Shown one piece after another: positions 38,525 through 48,112 of a DNA stretch of 51,578 nucleotides. The stretch is taken from assembly GCA_043799765.1 (NCBI GenBank), contig JAZDNL010000080.1:1-51578 (forward strand), written 5' to 3'. This DNA comes from Candidatus Micrarchaeota archaeon (lineage in GTDB: Archaea > Micrarchaeota > Micrarchaeia > Norongarragalinales > Norongarragalinaceae). A model generated the notes under the pieces. It was not told the origin of the DNA, made no database searches, and was given only the letters and a program-made list of their open reading frames with translations. Numbering within the stretch: position 1 is the first letter of the stretch; the number at the start of each line of letters is the position of its first letter. Both the position numbers and the translations under genes were made by a program.

Positions 38525-40153
38525 TCAGTCCATTTCCATGCCGCCACCGCCCGCGGGTGCGGACGGCCTGCCTCTCGCGGCGATGATGTCGTCGATGCGG
38601 AGAATCATCTCCGTCACCTCGGACGCGCTCTGGATAGCCTGCTTCTTCACCTTGAGCGGCTCGATGACGGTGTTCCTGAGATCCCCGGTCTTCGCGGCGT
38701 ATACGTCCACGCCGATGCTCCTGCCGCCCTTCTCATGCTTCGTGCGCAGGTCGACGAGCGTGTCTATCGCGTCGATGCCGCAGGACTCCGCGAGCGCGCG
38801 CGGTATGACCTCCATGGCTTCCGCGAACGCCTGTATGGCGAGTTGCTCGCGCCCCCCCACCTCCACGGCGAACTTGCGGAGGCGCATCGCGATTTCCATC
38901 TCGATTGCCCCGCCCCCGATGACGTACTTGCCGTCCTGCACCGCCGAGGAGACGGCGCCTATGGCGTCGACAACCGCGCGCTCCGCCTCGTCGACCACGT
39001 GCCGGGTCCCGCCGCGCACGAGAAGCGTGACGCTCTTCGGGTCCTTGCACTTTTCTACGAAAATCATCTGTTCGCCCGAAATCTTGCGCTCCTCGACGAT
39101 TCCCGCGAATCCCAAATCCTTGTTGCTGAGGTCGTCGAGGGTGGTGACGATGCGGCCGCCGCTCGCGCGCACGAGCTTCTCCATGTCGCTCTTCTTCACG
39201 CGCCTTGCGGCGATGATGCCCTTCTTGTAGAGGTAGTGCTGCGCCACGTCGTCGATGCCCTTCTGGCAGAACAGGACGTTGCAGCCGCTTGCCGCCACCT
39301 TTTCAACCATGGTCTTGAGCATCTTCTCCTCCTGCTGGAGGAACTCGGACATCTGGTCGGGCGAGTTTATGTTGATGCGCGCGTCGGTTTCGGTTTTCTC
39401 GATTTCGAGCGCGGTGTCTATGAGCGCGATTTTCGCGTTCTCGATTTTCTTCGGCATTCCGGGGTGCACGACCTCCTTGTCGATGAGCACTCCGTTTATG
39501 AGCGCCGTCTGGTTGACGTCCCCGCCCTGCTTCTTCTCAAGCTTGATGTAGTCCTTGTCGACGTAGGTTTTCCCGTCCTTCTGCTCGGCGACCTGCACGA
39601 TCGCCTGCACTACCATCTTTGAGAGCGTCGCGTTCACCGCGCCGGTTGAAACGGTTTTCGAGCCCATGCTGATGCCCGCTATTTTTTCGAGCGTCGGGAT
39701 GTCCTTGAGCGTCACCTTCTCACCCACTTCCTCCAGAATCGCGATTGCCTTCTCAGCTGCGCTCTTGTATCCCGCAATCAGCGTGGACGCATGGATGTCC
39801 TGGTCGAGCAGTCCCGCCGCGTTCTTGAGCAGTTCTCCCGCGAGCACAACCGCGCTGGTGGTTCCGTCGCCGACCTCCTCGTCCTGGGTTTTCGCAATCT
39901 CCACCATCATCTTCGCTGCGGGGTGCTCGATGTTCATCTCCTGCAGAATCGTCGCGCCGTCGTTGGTGATGACGATGTCGCCCATCTCGGACACCATCAT
40001 CTTGTCCATCCCGCGCGGGCCGAGCGTCGTCTTAACCGCGCTTGCAACCGCGTACGCCACGGCGATGTTCGTGCGCTGCGCGTCCCTTCCGAGAACGCGC
40101 GAGCTGCCTTCCGGCAGAAGCAAAACCTGCTGTCCGAGTTGTCCTTGCGTCAT
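38525..40153 (-). CDS. ths: Thermosome subunit (group II chaperonin)
   Basis: TLGPRGMDKMMV, ITNDGATIL, VGDGTTSAVVLAGELL and a GGGGMEMD C-terminus, 542 aa. GAGGTGGA lies 5 nt upstream of ATG 40153. The track ORF extension to 40726 is unsupported. Confidence 0.93.
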   Translation of the reverse strand: MTQGQLGQQVLLLPEGSSRVLGRDAQRTNIAVAYAVASAVKTTLGPRGMDKMMVSEMGDIVITNDGATILQEMNIEHPAAKMMVEIAKTQDEEVGDGTTSAVVLAGELLKNAAGLLDQDIHASTLIAGYKSAAEKAIAILEEVGEKVTLKDIPTLEKIAGISMGSKTVSTGAVNATLSKMVVQAIVQVAEQKDGKTYVDKDYIKLEKKQGGDVNQTALINGVLIDKEVVHPGMPKKIENAKIALIDTALEIEKTETDARININSPDQMSEFLQQEEKMLKTMVEKVAASGCNVLFCQKGIDDVAQHYLYKKGIIAARRVKKSDMEKLVRASGGRIVTTLDDLSNKDLGFAGIVEERKISGEQMIFVEKCKDPKSVTLLVRGGTRHVVDEAERAVVDAIGAVSSAVQDGKYVIGGGAIEMEIAMRLRKFAVEVGGREQLAIQAFAEAMEVIPRALAESCGIDAIDTLVDLRTKHEKGGRSIGVDVYAAKTGDLRNTVIEPLKVKKQAIQSASEVTEMILRIDDIIAARGRPSAPAGGGGMEMD

Positions 40154-40257
40154 ATCCGTCCACCTCTTAATTAAACGTTTAAACAGGCAGTTGCCCACCT
40201 TAAAACGAGCGTTATAACCATAGCCCGAACGGCAATAAAAAACTATCGCTGGGCAGC

Positions 40258-40806
40258 CTATTCTTTGCCCCTGTGCAGGCGTCCATAGTGCCATTCGAAC
40301 GGCTTCTCGGGATGCGGCCATCCCATCAAGAAGCGCCTGCCGGGCGTCGTCTGGTATGCGAGGTAGTCCAGAACCCAGTGCGAAGAATACGCGACGAGCG
40401 CGACCAGCGCAAGAACCTGCGAGCCGCTTGCAGCAAAAACCGCGAACGTGTAGACGAGGACAAAGGCAAACCCCGAGCCGGGCGTTTCCATTCCCTTTGC
40501 GCGTATCGGCCTTGTTTTGTAAAGTACGAACGAAATCACCGCGGCTGTTGCTGCGGCGATCGCGACTGTTGCTGCCGCGTCCCATCCCATCGGCTGTTCG
40601 AGGATGCCCAGAAGGAGCAGGAAGCTTCCTGCGAACGCCGCCAGCACGACCAGTTTCCACAGCCACTCGCGGTGCTCGAAATCCGGCAGCATCCCGCCAA
40701 GCCCCGCAACCAGTAGCACCTGCCACGACATCTCCGCAGGAACGAAAAGCGCCAGCAGGACGAAAATAACCGCGACTGCGAAAACGAGGTGGTAAGCGGG
40801 CTTCAC
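40258..40806 (-). CDS. Membrane-bound metal-dependent hydrolase-like protein (DUF457/YdjM-like)
   Basis: His near the N-terminus (PAYHLVF), LPDFEH motif and multiple TMs. TATA (minus ATTAATAAGC) lies about 25 nt upstream. Confidence 0.5.
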   Translation of the reverse strand: MKPAYHLVFAVAVIFVLLALFVPAEMSWQVLLVAGLGGMLPDFEHREWLWKLVVLAAFAGSFLLLLGILEQPMGWDAAATVAIAAATAAVISFVLYKTRPIRAKGMETPGSGFAFVLVYTFAVFAASGSQVLALVALVAYSSHWVLDYLAYQTTPGRRFLMGWPHPEKPFEWHYGRLHRGKE

Positions 40807-40830
40807 AAAACTACCTGCCGCCGCGGCTTA

Positions 40831-42309
40831 TTAATCGTTAAGCTTTTTCACGATTCCGCGCGTCGCATCCACTTCGACCAGGTCGCCGTCCTTCAGGATC
40901 CTGGTGGCGTTGCGCGTCCCGACGACGCACGGCACGCCGAGTTCGCGCGAAACAATCGCGGCATGGCACGTCAGCCCGCCCTGGTCCGTGACTATCGCCG
41001 CAGCCTTCCTCATCGCCAGCACCATTTCGGGATTCGTGCTCATCGACACGAGGATGTCGCCCTCGTTCATCTTGCCCAGGTCCTCCTTCAGGTTTACTAT
41101 CCTGACGATGCCCCTTGCGAATCCCGCGCTGGCGCACGTGCCCCTGAGTTCTGCGGCAGCTTCGGATATTTCGGCAATCAGCGCGTCGAATCCGCGCTCA
41201 TCCCCGCCGGTGGCGATTGAGAAAACGCCGTCGATGACGCAGAGGGCGCGGTCGCCCGACCTGGCTTTGATTTTTTCAACTGGAACCGGCGCGCCGCCGA
41301 GGCAGTCCGCAATCTCTTCGTAGGACAGCAGCCGCAGTTCCTTCACGCTTATGCCAAGCCGCTTTGCAATCTCGCCAAGCAGGGAGTCCAGCACGTACCA
41401 GGAAAGCGTCAGTTCCTCTATGCGGTACGCCTTCAGGTACGCCATCTCCCCCGCAATCCAGAATCTCCTGAGTTCTTCGTCGCCGAACGACAGCTCCTCG
41501 CGCAGCTCGTCCTTCCTGCCCTCCGCAGTTTTCCGCTGCCCCTTCAGCTTTTCCAGTTCCCCGGCAGCGCCGCCCCCCGCCAGGTCCGCCCGCAGCAAAT
41601 CCTCGTAATATTTCATGTCCCATTTCACGGGTCCCTCTATGAAAAACGAAAGCCAGCAGAACCTGCGCTGGTGTTCAGCGACGCGCCCCTTGAGGCTTTC
41701 CGCCGCCGCGAACCCGCTCTCCAGAAATGCGCGTTTTTCCGCATCCGCCGCGCCTGAAACCAGTTCCAGCCACGCGATGCGTTCTTTCGTTATTTGCGTC
41801 TGTTCGGACGGCATTGTCAGTTCCGCGAGGCACCTGACCGCCTTTTCGCTTCCCACCCTCTTTTCGAGGTTTTTGCGCAAAATCCGGGCGTACTCGTTCT
41901 CCTGGTCGTCGTTGACGTAGTCCAGTATCCCGCTCAGCCCCCCGACCGCAAGCATGTCCGCGTGCGCCTTGGCGTAGTCGTGCATCAGGGATTCCAACTC
42001 GCGCAGATTTTTGGCTTCCAGCGATTTTATCCTTCCTTCCCAGCCGCGAAGCACCGAAGCCTTTTCCCTCAACTCCTCAGCATATTTTTCGATGAAGCCG
42101 GTTTCGTCAATCATTTTCAGGATATTCCCGGACGCCTCCCTAAGCACCTCGTCGTCCAGGAACCAGTAGGTCCTGCAGTTTTTGATTAGTACGACGGTCG
42201 ACAGAGGCTTTCCTGCGAACCGGTTTCCAGCCGCGCTCCACCCCCTGATGTGGCTTTCCATCGGTATTATCGACAGCAGGCGGAGTTCCTCGATGTATTT
42301 GAGTTTCAT
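40831..42309 (-). CDS. PEP-utilising-enzyme mobile (swivel phosphohistidine) domain protein with a large unassigned helical N-terminal region
   Basis: The C-terminal about 90 aa (GDILVSMSTNPEMVLAMRKAAAIVTDQGGLTCHAAIVSRELGVPCVVGT) parallels the ppsA swivel domain. No ATP-grasp or TIM-barrel motifs were recognised. Confidence 0.8.
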   Translation of the reverse strand: MKLKYIEELRLLSIIPMESHIRGWSAAGNRFAGKPLSTVVLIKNCRTYWFLDDEVLREASGNILKMIDETGFIEKYAEELREKASVLRGWEGRIKSLEAKNLRELESLMHDYAKAHADMLAVGGLSGILDYVNDDQENEYARILRKNLEKRVGSEKAVRCLAELTMPSEQTQITKERIAWLELVSGAADAEKRAFLESGFAAAESLKGRVAEHQRRFCWLSFFIEGPVKWDMKYYEDLLRADLAGGGAAGELEKLKGQRKTAEGRKDELREELSFGDEELRRFWIAGEMAYLKAYRIEELTLSWYVLDSLLGEIAKRLGISVKELRLLSYEEIADCLGGAPVPVEKIKARSGDRALCVIDGVFSIATGGDERGFDALIAEISEAAAELRGTCASAGFARGIVRIVNLKEDLGKMNEGDILVSMSTNPEMVLAMRKAAAIVTDQGGLTCHAAIVSRELGVPCVVGTRNATRILKDGDLVEVDATRGIVKKLND

Positions 42310-42502
42310 GGCGCTCCTGCCTCTGCGGCGGGGAAAAGCGCGGGGGGCGGGATTTTCGGACTTTTTCGAGTTCGTTCGAACCCACGTAGCGCGTTAATGC
42401 GCTAACGGCTTAGCAGGCCGCCGCAATAGCCACTATGCGACCCCCGCGCGCAGATTATTTGGAGACGCCGCTTTTTATATCAGCCGCACAATAATCACTT
42501 TC

Positions 42503-43813
42503 GTGTTCCTGCTGCGCAACTGCAACATCGTCGGCTCGGGCGAGCGCGACGTTCTTTTCGACTCCAAAATCCGCAAAATAGGCAAAAACCTCCGGGCAGA
42601 CGAGTCGTTCGACGCACGGGGGATGCTCCTTCTTCCCGGCTTGATAGATTCCCACGTGCATTTCCGCGAACCCGGCGGGGAGCAGAAGGAGGGCTGGGAA
42701 ACGGGCTCCCGCGCCGCCGCGCACGGCGGAATCACCTGCGTTCTCGACATGCCGAACACGAGCCCGCCGACGACAACCGTCGCGGCGCTCGAACAGAAGC
42801 GGAAACTCGTCGCCCCGAAGAGCATAATCGACTTCGGGTTGCATTTCGGCGCCACCTCGGACAACGTCGGTGAAATTCTCAAGGCGCGCAACATCCCCTC
42901 GGTCAAGGTTTTTCTCGGTTCAAGCACGGGTTCATTGCTGTTGGAAGAGAATGTCCGCGCGGTTTTCCAAGCCGCGAAGAAAAGGAAGAAGCCCGCGTTC
43001 GTCCATGCCGAGGACGAGGGCGCCATCAGGCATTTCGGCGAGGTTTTCAAAAAGCGCGCAGCTGCAAACCCCCGCACGTATTCCGCCGCGTCCATCCACA
43101 GCATGGTGCGCTCGAACGAAGCCGCTGCGGAAGCAGCCGCACGGGCGCTTCGCATCGCGGACAAGGCGGGCAACCGCATGCATCTCGCGCACTGCACAAC
43201 CGCGCAGGAGGCGGAGCTGGTGTATGCGGCGAAAAGAAAAGGCGTTTCCGTTACCATGGAGGTGACGCCGCACCATCTTTTCCTTACGGCCGACGACATG
43301 AAGAAGCTCGGCAACTTCGGGAAGGTGAATCCGCCCCTGCGTTCGAGAAAGGACGTGGCCGCGCTTTGGAGCGCACTGCGTTCCGGCATCGTTGATACGG
43401 TTGCGACCGACCACGCGCCGCACATGCGGGGTGAAAAGGAAGCCGATTACTGGGCCGCGCCCTCGGGGATGCCCGGCGTGGAAACGCTTCTGCCGCTGCT
43501 GCTCGACGCCGCGTCCAAGCGCATGCTTTCCCTGGAAGACATCCGGCGCCTCTGCTGCGAAAACCCCGCGAAGATATTCGGCATAAAACACAAGGGAAGA
43601 ATCGCGGTTGGCTGCGATGCGGACCTGACTCTCGTGGACCTGCGCCTGACGAAAAAAGTGCGGCCGGAGGAGCTTCTCACGAAATGCAAGTGGAGCGCCT
43701 TTGACGGCATGCGCCTGAAAGGATGGCCCGTGCGCGTCTGGAGCCGGGGCGCGGCTGTATTCGACGGCGAAACCGTGATTCCGCACGAAGGGAAGGAAGC
43801 GTCATTCGATTAG
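42503..43813 (+). CDS. pyrC: Dihydroorotase (class I amidohydrolase)
   Basis: GLIDSHVHFREPG, NTSPP, VATDHAPH and APSGMPGVETLLPLLL. The GTG start lies about 25 nt after GCTTTTTATAT. Confidence 0.88.
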   Translation: MFLLRNCNIVGSGERDVLFDSKIRKIGKNLRADESFDARGMLLLPGLIDSHVHFREPGGEQKEGWETGSRAAAHGGITCVLDMPNTSPPTTTVAALEQKRKLVAPKSIIDFGLHFGATSDNVGEILKARNIPSVKVFLGSSTGSLLLEENVRAVFQAAKKRKKPAFVHAEDEGAIRHFGEVFKKRAAANPRTYSAASIHSMVRSNEAAAEAAARALRIADKAGNRMHLAHCTTAQEAELVYAAKRKGVSVTMEVTPHHLFLTADDMKKLGNFGKVNPPLRSRKDVAALWSALRSGIVDTVATDHAPHMRGEKEADYWAAPSGMPGVETLLPLLLDAASKRMLSLEDIRRLCCENPAKIFGIKHKGRIAVGCDADLTLVDLRLTKKVRPEELLTKCKWSAFDGMRLKGWPVRVWSRGAAVFDGETVIPHEGKEASFD

Positions 43814-44410
43814 GTTCGGCAGTGCGTCCGCGAGGGTGTCGGCGCGCACGATGCGTATGCGCTGCCCGATTTCCGCGTGCTTTATGGTCTGGTTTTCCGA
43901 AATCACGAACACCGTCTTGCCTGCCTCTGCTGCGGCAATCATTTTCTCGTCTATCCCGCCAACTGGCGAGAGCTCCCCGCCATCCGTCAAGGCGGCGCTG
44001 ATTACCGCGTCGCTCCTCATTCCCCTCTGCAAATAGTTGGCAACCAACGCGCTCGCAAAAGCCGCTCCCGCGCTTTCGCCGGCGACGTTTTCCTGCGGGG
44101 TGAGCATGTCCAGCGTGATATCATAGCCCCGCATGCTTACGCCGAGCGCTTCTTCGGCGGCGGCGCGCGCCTCGAGCAGCGACTGCTCCGTGTCCTCGCG
44201 GAAGCGGGCGTTCTGGATGTTTACGAACGTCTTCCCACTTCCGGGTTGCGCGTAAATCTCGAACCAGACGAGTACCCCTTTTCCGTCAAGCGTAATCGCG
44301 CACGCCTGGAACTTCGTTGTATAGTGCGGCGACGGCAGGAGCAGGTATCCGACGACGAGCGCGAGCCCGCACAAAACAAAAAGCGCAAGGAGTGCGAGCT
44401 TCTTCATCAT
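43802..44410 (-). CDS. Membrane-anchored Lon-type (S16) protease-domain protein without ATPase domain
   Basis: N-terminal TM. GESAGAAFASAL (Ser) and PVGGIDEKMIAAAEAG (Lys) match the Lon proteolytic Ser-Lys dyad context. Confidence 0.7.
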   Translation of the reverse strand: MMKKLALLALFVLCGLALVVGYLLLPSPHYTTKFQACAITLDGKGVLVWFEIYAQPGSGKTFVNIQNARFREDTEQSLLEARAAAEEALGVSMRGYDITLDMLTPQENVAGESAGAAFASALVANYLQRGMRSDAVISAALTDGGELSPVGGIDEKMIAAAEAGKTVFVISENQTIKHAEIGQRIRIVRADTLADALPNLIE

Positions 44411-44482
44411 GGCTCTCTCACTTTCTCATCAGCGGCACTTTTTGCTCGGCTTCGCCTCGCAAAACCTGCACTAAAAACGCCT

Positions 44483-45118
44483 TCATTTTCGCATCAACGC
44501 GTACGCTTCCGCGACAGTTGAAACCTCGACTACCTGCAATCCTTCCTCCTCTACGCCCTCGCCTTTTGGCACAAGGAACACCGAGTAGCCCGCCTCCTTC
44601 ACGGCAGCGGCCTTTTCCTCCACTCTTCCGACGGACGCGATTTCCCCGTCGCCGTTTCCCAGCTTCCCGGTAATCAGCGTGTCGTTCCTCAGTTCCTCGC
44701 CGCGGAGCGCCGCAATCGTGGCGATGGCTGCGGCGGCGCCGGCGCTGTACCCGCCGACGGCGTCGGAAGGCGCGGTTATCGAATAGTAAACGTTCTTCTC
44801 CGACAGGTTTTCATTGGTCAGCCGCTCCGCCACGTCAAGCGCGAGCCTCAGCGACGATTGCGTTTCCGTGTTTATCAGCGGCTTGGAGGAATCGAAGCGC
44901 ACGAACACCGCGCCGTCTCCGTCGGTTACGGTGACGGTGAGGTTTGCGAGCGCGCCGCTTCCCTCAAGGTCAACCGCGGGAAGGCCGAGGGTGACGGTGT
45001 GGGACGACTGCGCTATCGCGGCTTCATTCTGCGCGGCGTTGCTTTCCGCATAGTGGTATCCGACTATCAGCGCCACTGCGGCGCAGGCAACGAGAAGCAG
45101 GATAAACGGCTTCCTCAT
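44483..45118 (-). CDS. Membrane-anchored Lon-type (S16) protease-domain protein, paralog
   Basis: N-terminal TM. GGYSAGAAAAIATIAAL and SVGRVEEKAAAVKEAG. The ATG overlaps the purF stop (ATGA at 45115-45118). Confidence 0.65.
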   Translation of the reverse strand: MRKPFILLLVACAAVALIVGYHYAESNAAQNEAAIAQSSHTVTLGLPAVDLEGSGALANLTVTVTDGDGAVFVRFDSSKPLINTETQSSLRLALDVAERLTNENLSEKNVYYSITAPSDAVGGYSAGAAAAIATIAALRGEELRNDTLITGKLGNGDGEIASVGRVEEKAAAVKEAGYSVFLVPKGEGVEEEGLQVVEVSTVAEAYALMRK

Positions 45119-46518
45119 CCGCGCTCGACCCTGTCCTGTTCGCGCGACGCGCAAACGCGGCGCTTGTCCTCGTCAGTAACCTGCGTCGGGTATTCGCCGT
45201 TCAGGCACGCCATGCACAGCCCGTCGACGCCGATGGCGCGCTTCATGCCCTCGATGGAAAGATAGGTGAGCTCGTCGCACCCGACGTGCTCGCACACCTG
45301 CTTTTCCGTCCTGCCCGACGCGATGAGTTCCTTAGTTGACGGGAAGTCGATTCCGTAGAAGCAGGGATGCCTGATTGGGGGGCACGTGATTATGAGGTGG
45401 ACGCGCTTCGTCTCCTTCTTCAGGAGCGAGACGATTTTCTTCGACGTTGTGCCGCGCACGATGCTGTCATCAACAAGCCCGATGTTTTTGTCCTTCACCA
45501 CGAACGCCAACGGGTTCAGTTTCGTGCGCACGGCGCGCTCGCGTTGCGCCTGCGTCGGCATTATGAACGTGCGGCCGATGTACCTATTTTTCATCAGCCC
45601 CTCACGGCACGGCACCTTGATTTCCTCCGCCAGCGACTGCGCGGCGGTGCGCGCGGTGTCCGGCACGGGAACGATGACGTCCAAATCGTCCTTCTCCACC
45701 AGCTTCGCCAGCTCCTGCCCCAGCCGCAGGCGCGCGTCGTATACGTTCCTGCCGTCAATCGTCGAGTCCGGCCGCGCGAAATACACCCACTCGAACATGC
45801 AGTGCGCCGGCTTCTCCGGCTTTACCATGCGGCTGTGCATCGCGCCGCTTGAATCGATGTAAACCGCCTCGCCAGGCGCGACGTCGCGCACGATTTTCGC
45901 GCCTATTGCGTCGAACGCGACGCTTTCGGAAGCGAAGAATTTCGTCCCGTCCTCGCGTTCGCCCATCACGAGCGGCTTTATGCCGTGGGGGTCCCTGAAC
46001 GCGAGCAGCCCGCCCTTCACGAACGCGACCACCGAATAGCTGCCGTTGACGTCGTTCATCACGGCTTCGACAGCGAGGAAAACCGCCCGCGGGTCTATTG
46101 TTTTTTCGCGGGAGAGCGCGTCGGCGAAGCGGTGAAGTACGATTTCGATGTCGCAGTTCGAGCGCGCCCTGTCGGAATACCGCTGCCGCAGTTCGTCATA
46201 ATTTATGACGTTGCCGTTGTGCGCCATCGCTATGCCGCATGGTTCGCTGACGGAAAACGGCTGCGCATCCCTGTACGGATTGGAGCCGATGGTGGCGTAG
46301 CGCACGTGCCCGATGCCGACGCGGCCGCACAGGTCGGCAAGCGTCTCCGAGTCGAAGATGTCCTCGACATAGCCGACGCTCTTCTTGTTTTCTATATGCG
46401 CGCCGTCGAACACCGCCATCCCGGCGGAATCCTGGCCGCGGTGCTGCATTGCTATGAGCCCGGCGTACAAATCCGGCGCTACGTCTTTAGTTCCAATCGC
46501 GCCGATTATTCCGCACAA
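45115..46518 (-). CDS. purF: Amidophosphoribosyltransferase
   Basis: (M)CGIIG N-terminal nucleophile Cys with a TTG start, HRGQDSAG and a PRTase motif (VDDSIVRGTT). Confidence 0.93.
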   Translation of the reverse strand: MCGIIGAIGTKDVAPDLYAGLIAMQHRGQDSAGMAVFDGAHIENKKSVGYVEDIFDSETLADLCGRVGIGHVRYATIGSNPYRDAQPFSVSEPCGIAMAHNGNVINYDELRQRYSDRARSNCDIEIVLHRFADALSREKTIDPRAVFLAVEAVMNDVNGSYSVVAFVKGGLLAFRDPHGIKPLVMGEREDGTKFFASESVAFDAIGAKIVRDVAPGEAVYIDSSGAMHSRMVKPEKPAHCMFEWVYFARPDSTIDGRNVYDARLRLGQELAKLVEKDDLDVIVPVPDTARTAAQSLAEEIKVPCREGLMKNRYIGRTFIMPTQAQRERAVRTKLNPLAFVVKDKNIGLVDDSIVRGTTSKKIVSLLKKETKRVHLIITCPPIRHPCFYGIDFPSTKELIASGRTEKQVCEHVGCDELTYLSIEGMKRAIGVDGLCMACLNGEYPTQVTDEDKRRVCASREQDRVERG

Positions 46519-46541
46519 AGAGATTCCCCTTCAGATGCTTA

Positions 46542-47282
46542 TTACCGCGCCAAGCCTTTAAACCCTTTCGCGAGCTCCGCAACCGTGACGAAGCGTGCGC
46601 CCCCGCTTTTCAGGAGCCGCACCACTTCGCGAAGTCGCATGCGCCTTTCCGCCGGATTTTTCGCCCTTCCCGCCTCGCCGTAATCGGTGTGCCACGAATG
46701 CGTGGCGATGACCGCGTCGCCCTTAAGCAGCGCAGCGTGCTCCTTCGCGCCGCGTTTTCCTTCCATCAGCGCCCAGAGCGCGCATTTCTTCGGCGTTTTT
46801 AGAAGAACGAATCCCTCCGCCGTTTCTTCCGTCTCGCCGCACACGTTCGCCTCGTACCTGAACCCGCAATCGCGAAGAACCCGCCGCGTCGCGGCGTCGC
46901 TTTTCCAGTAGGGGGAGCTCCAGCCCGCCGGAGTAATGCCGAAAAGCGAAGCAATTGTTTCCTTTGCCTTTTTCACCACCTTCCTTTTGTCCGCATCCCC
47001 TAGTTTCGTCAGGTCTTCGTGCTCGTAGCCGTGGCAGCCGATTTCGTGCTTTTTTGCGATTGCGCGGAAATCAAAGTCGCCGGAAAGTTTTTTAGCCGTG
47101 CGGGCTTCGAAAAACAGGGTGGCGCGGATTTTTTCCTCATCTAGGAAACGCAGCAGCCACTTCAGCCCCTTTTTAGTGTGTACGAACGAGAGGCGGTTTT
47201 TTCCCTTCGTTCTCCTGCGCCCGCCGTCCTCTATGGTATAGTCGGGATCGACGTCAACCGCGAAGGCGATCCTCACCTGCAT
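46542..47282 (-). CDS. Polysaccharide deacetylase (NodB-type) family protein
   Basis: FAVDVD, GCHGYEHE and SSPYW correspond to NodB motifs 1-3. Confidence 0.65.
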   Translation of the reverse strand: MQVRIAFAVDVDPDYTIEDGGRRRTKGKNRLSFVHTKKGLKWLLRFLDEEKIRATLFFEARTAKKLSGDFDFRAIAKKHEIGCHGYEHEDLTKLGDADKRKVVKKAKETIASLFGITPAGWSSPYWKSDAATRRVLRDCGFRYEANVCGETEETAEGFVLLKTPKKCALWALMEGKRGAKEHAALLKGDAVIATHSWHTDYGEAGRAKNPAERRMRLREVVRLLKSGGARFVTVAELAKGFKGLAR

Positions 47283-48112
47283 CCCTGCGCACGGGCCGCG
47301 CGGAGCGTGTTCTCGAGGAGCATTGCGATCGTCATCGGCCCGCTGCCGCCCGGAACCGGCGTAATCGCGGAAGCCACGCCGCGCACTCCCTCATCAACGT
47401 CGCCTACGAGTTTTCCGGCCACCTTCGTAGTGCCGACGTCTATGACTACCGCGCCCTTCTTCACCATGTCCGCGGTTATCATGCGGGGTTTGCCAACAGC
47501 GACGACCAGCACATCCGCCTGTTTCGTGATGGCGGCAAGATTTCTCGTCTTTGAATGGCACTGCGTAACTGTCGCGTCCGCCTGCAGAAGAAGCGCCGCA
47601 ACGGGCTTGCCCACGATGTTGCTCCTGCCTACGACGACCGCGTGCTTTCCCGTCAAATCGATTCCCGTTTCCGCTATCAGCCGCATGACGCCCCTCGGCG
47701 TCGCGGGTACGAATGCGGGGTTTCCCATGTGCAGCCTTCCGACGTTGTGCGGATTGAAGCCGTCCACGTCCTTTTCAGGCGCAACCTCCTCGAGCACGCG
47801 GTTCTCGTTGATGTGCTTCGGAACGGGAACCTGCACCAGGATACCGTGAACCGACTTGTCGGCGTTAAGTTCGCGTATGCATTTCAGCAGTTCCGCCTCG
47901 CTTGTTTCCTCGGGCAGTTTCACGTTCCTGCTCTTCATGCCCGCGCCCACGCAGGCGACTTCCTTCATCGAAACGTAAACCTTCGACGCGGGGTCCTCGC
48001 CGACGAGAACAACCGAAAGGCAAGGCTTCGTCTTCATCCCTGTGACTTCCTTCGCCACGCCCGCGCGGATTTTTTCCGCTATTGCCTTGCCGTCTATGAT
48101 GCGCGCGGTCAT
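47273..48112 (-). CDS. folD: Bifunctional methylene-THF dehydrogenase / methenyl-THF cyclohydrolase
   Basis: IIDGKAIA, VGEDPASKVYVSMK, GILVQVPVPKH, DVDGF and VVVGRSNIVGKP. The ATG overlaps the purN stop (ATGA at 48109-48112). Confidence 0.92.
   Translation of the reverse strand: MTARIIDGKAIAEKIRAGVAKEVTGMKTKPCLSVVLVGEDPASKVYVSMKEVACVGAGMKSRNVKLPEETSEAELLKCIRELNADKSVHGILVQVPVPKHINENRVLEEVAPEKDVDGFNPHNVGRLHMGNPAFVPATPRGVMRLIAETGIDLTGKHAVVVGRSNIVGKPVAALLLQADATVTQCHSKTRNLAAITKQADVLVVAVGKPRMITADMVKKGAVVIDVGTTKVAGKLVGDVDEGVRGVASAITPVPGGSGPMTIAMLLENTLRAARAQGCR

Noticed and set aside
40154-40726. 191-codon N-terminal extension of the thermosome ORF in the track (38525-40726)
   Set aside because: The extension is Arg/Gly/Ala-rich and lacks chaperonin similarity. 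It overlaps the oppositely supported 40258-40806 membrane gene. The conserved thermosome N-terminus starts at ATG 40153, behind a GAGGTGGA site and TATA-like boxes.
42340-42500. Possible tRNA-like or RNA gene in the 190-nt gap before pyrC (GTTCG-TT-CGAAC and TAGCGC-GTTAAT-GCGCTA hairpins, TTCGAAC resembling a T-loop)
   Set aside because: I could not fold a cloverleaf on either strand. There is no acceptor stem complementarity and no anticodon arm. These are probably just short palindromes in a promoter region.
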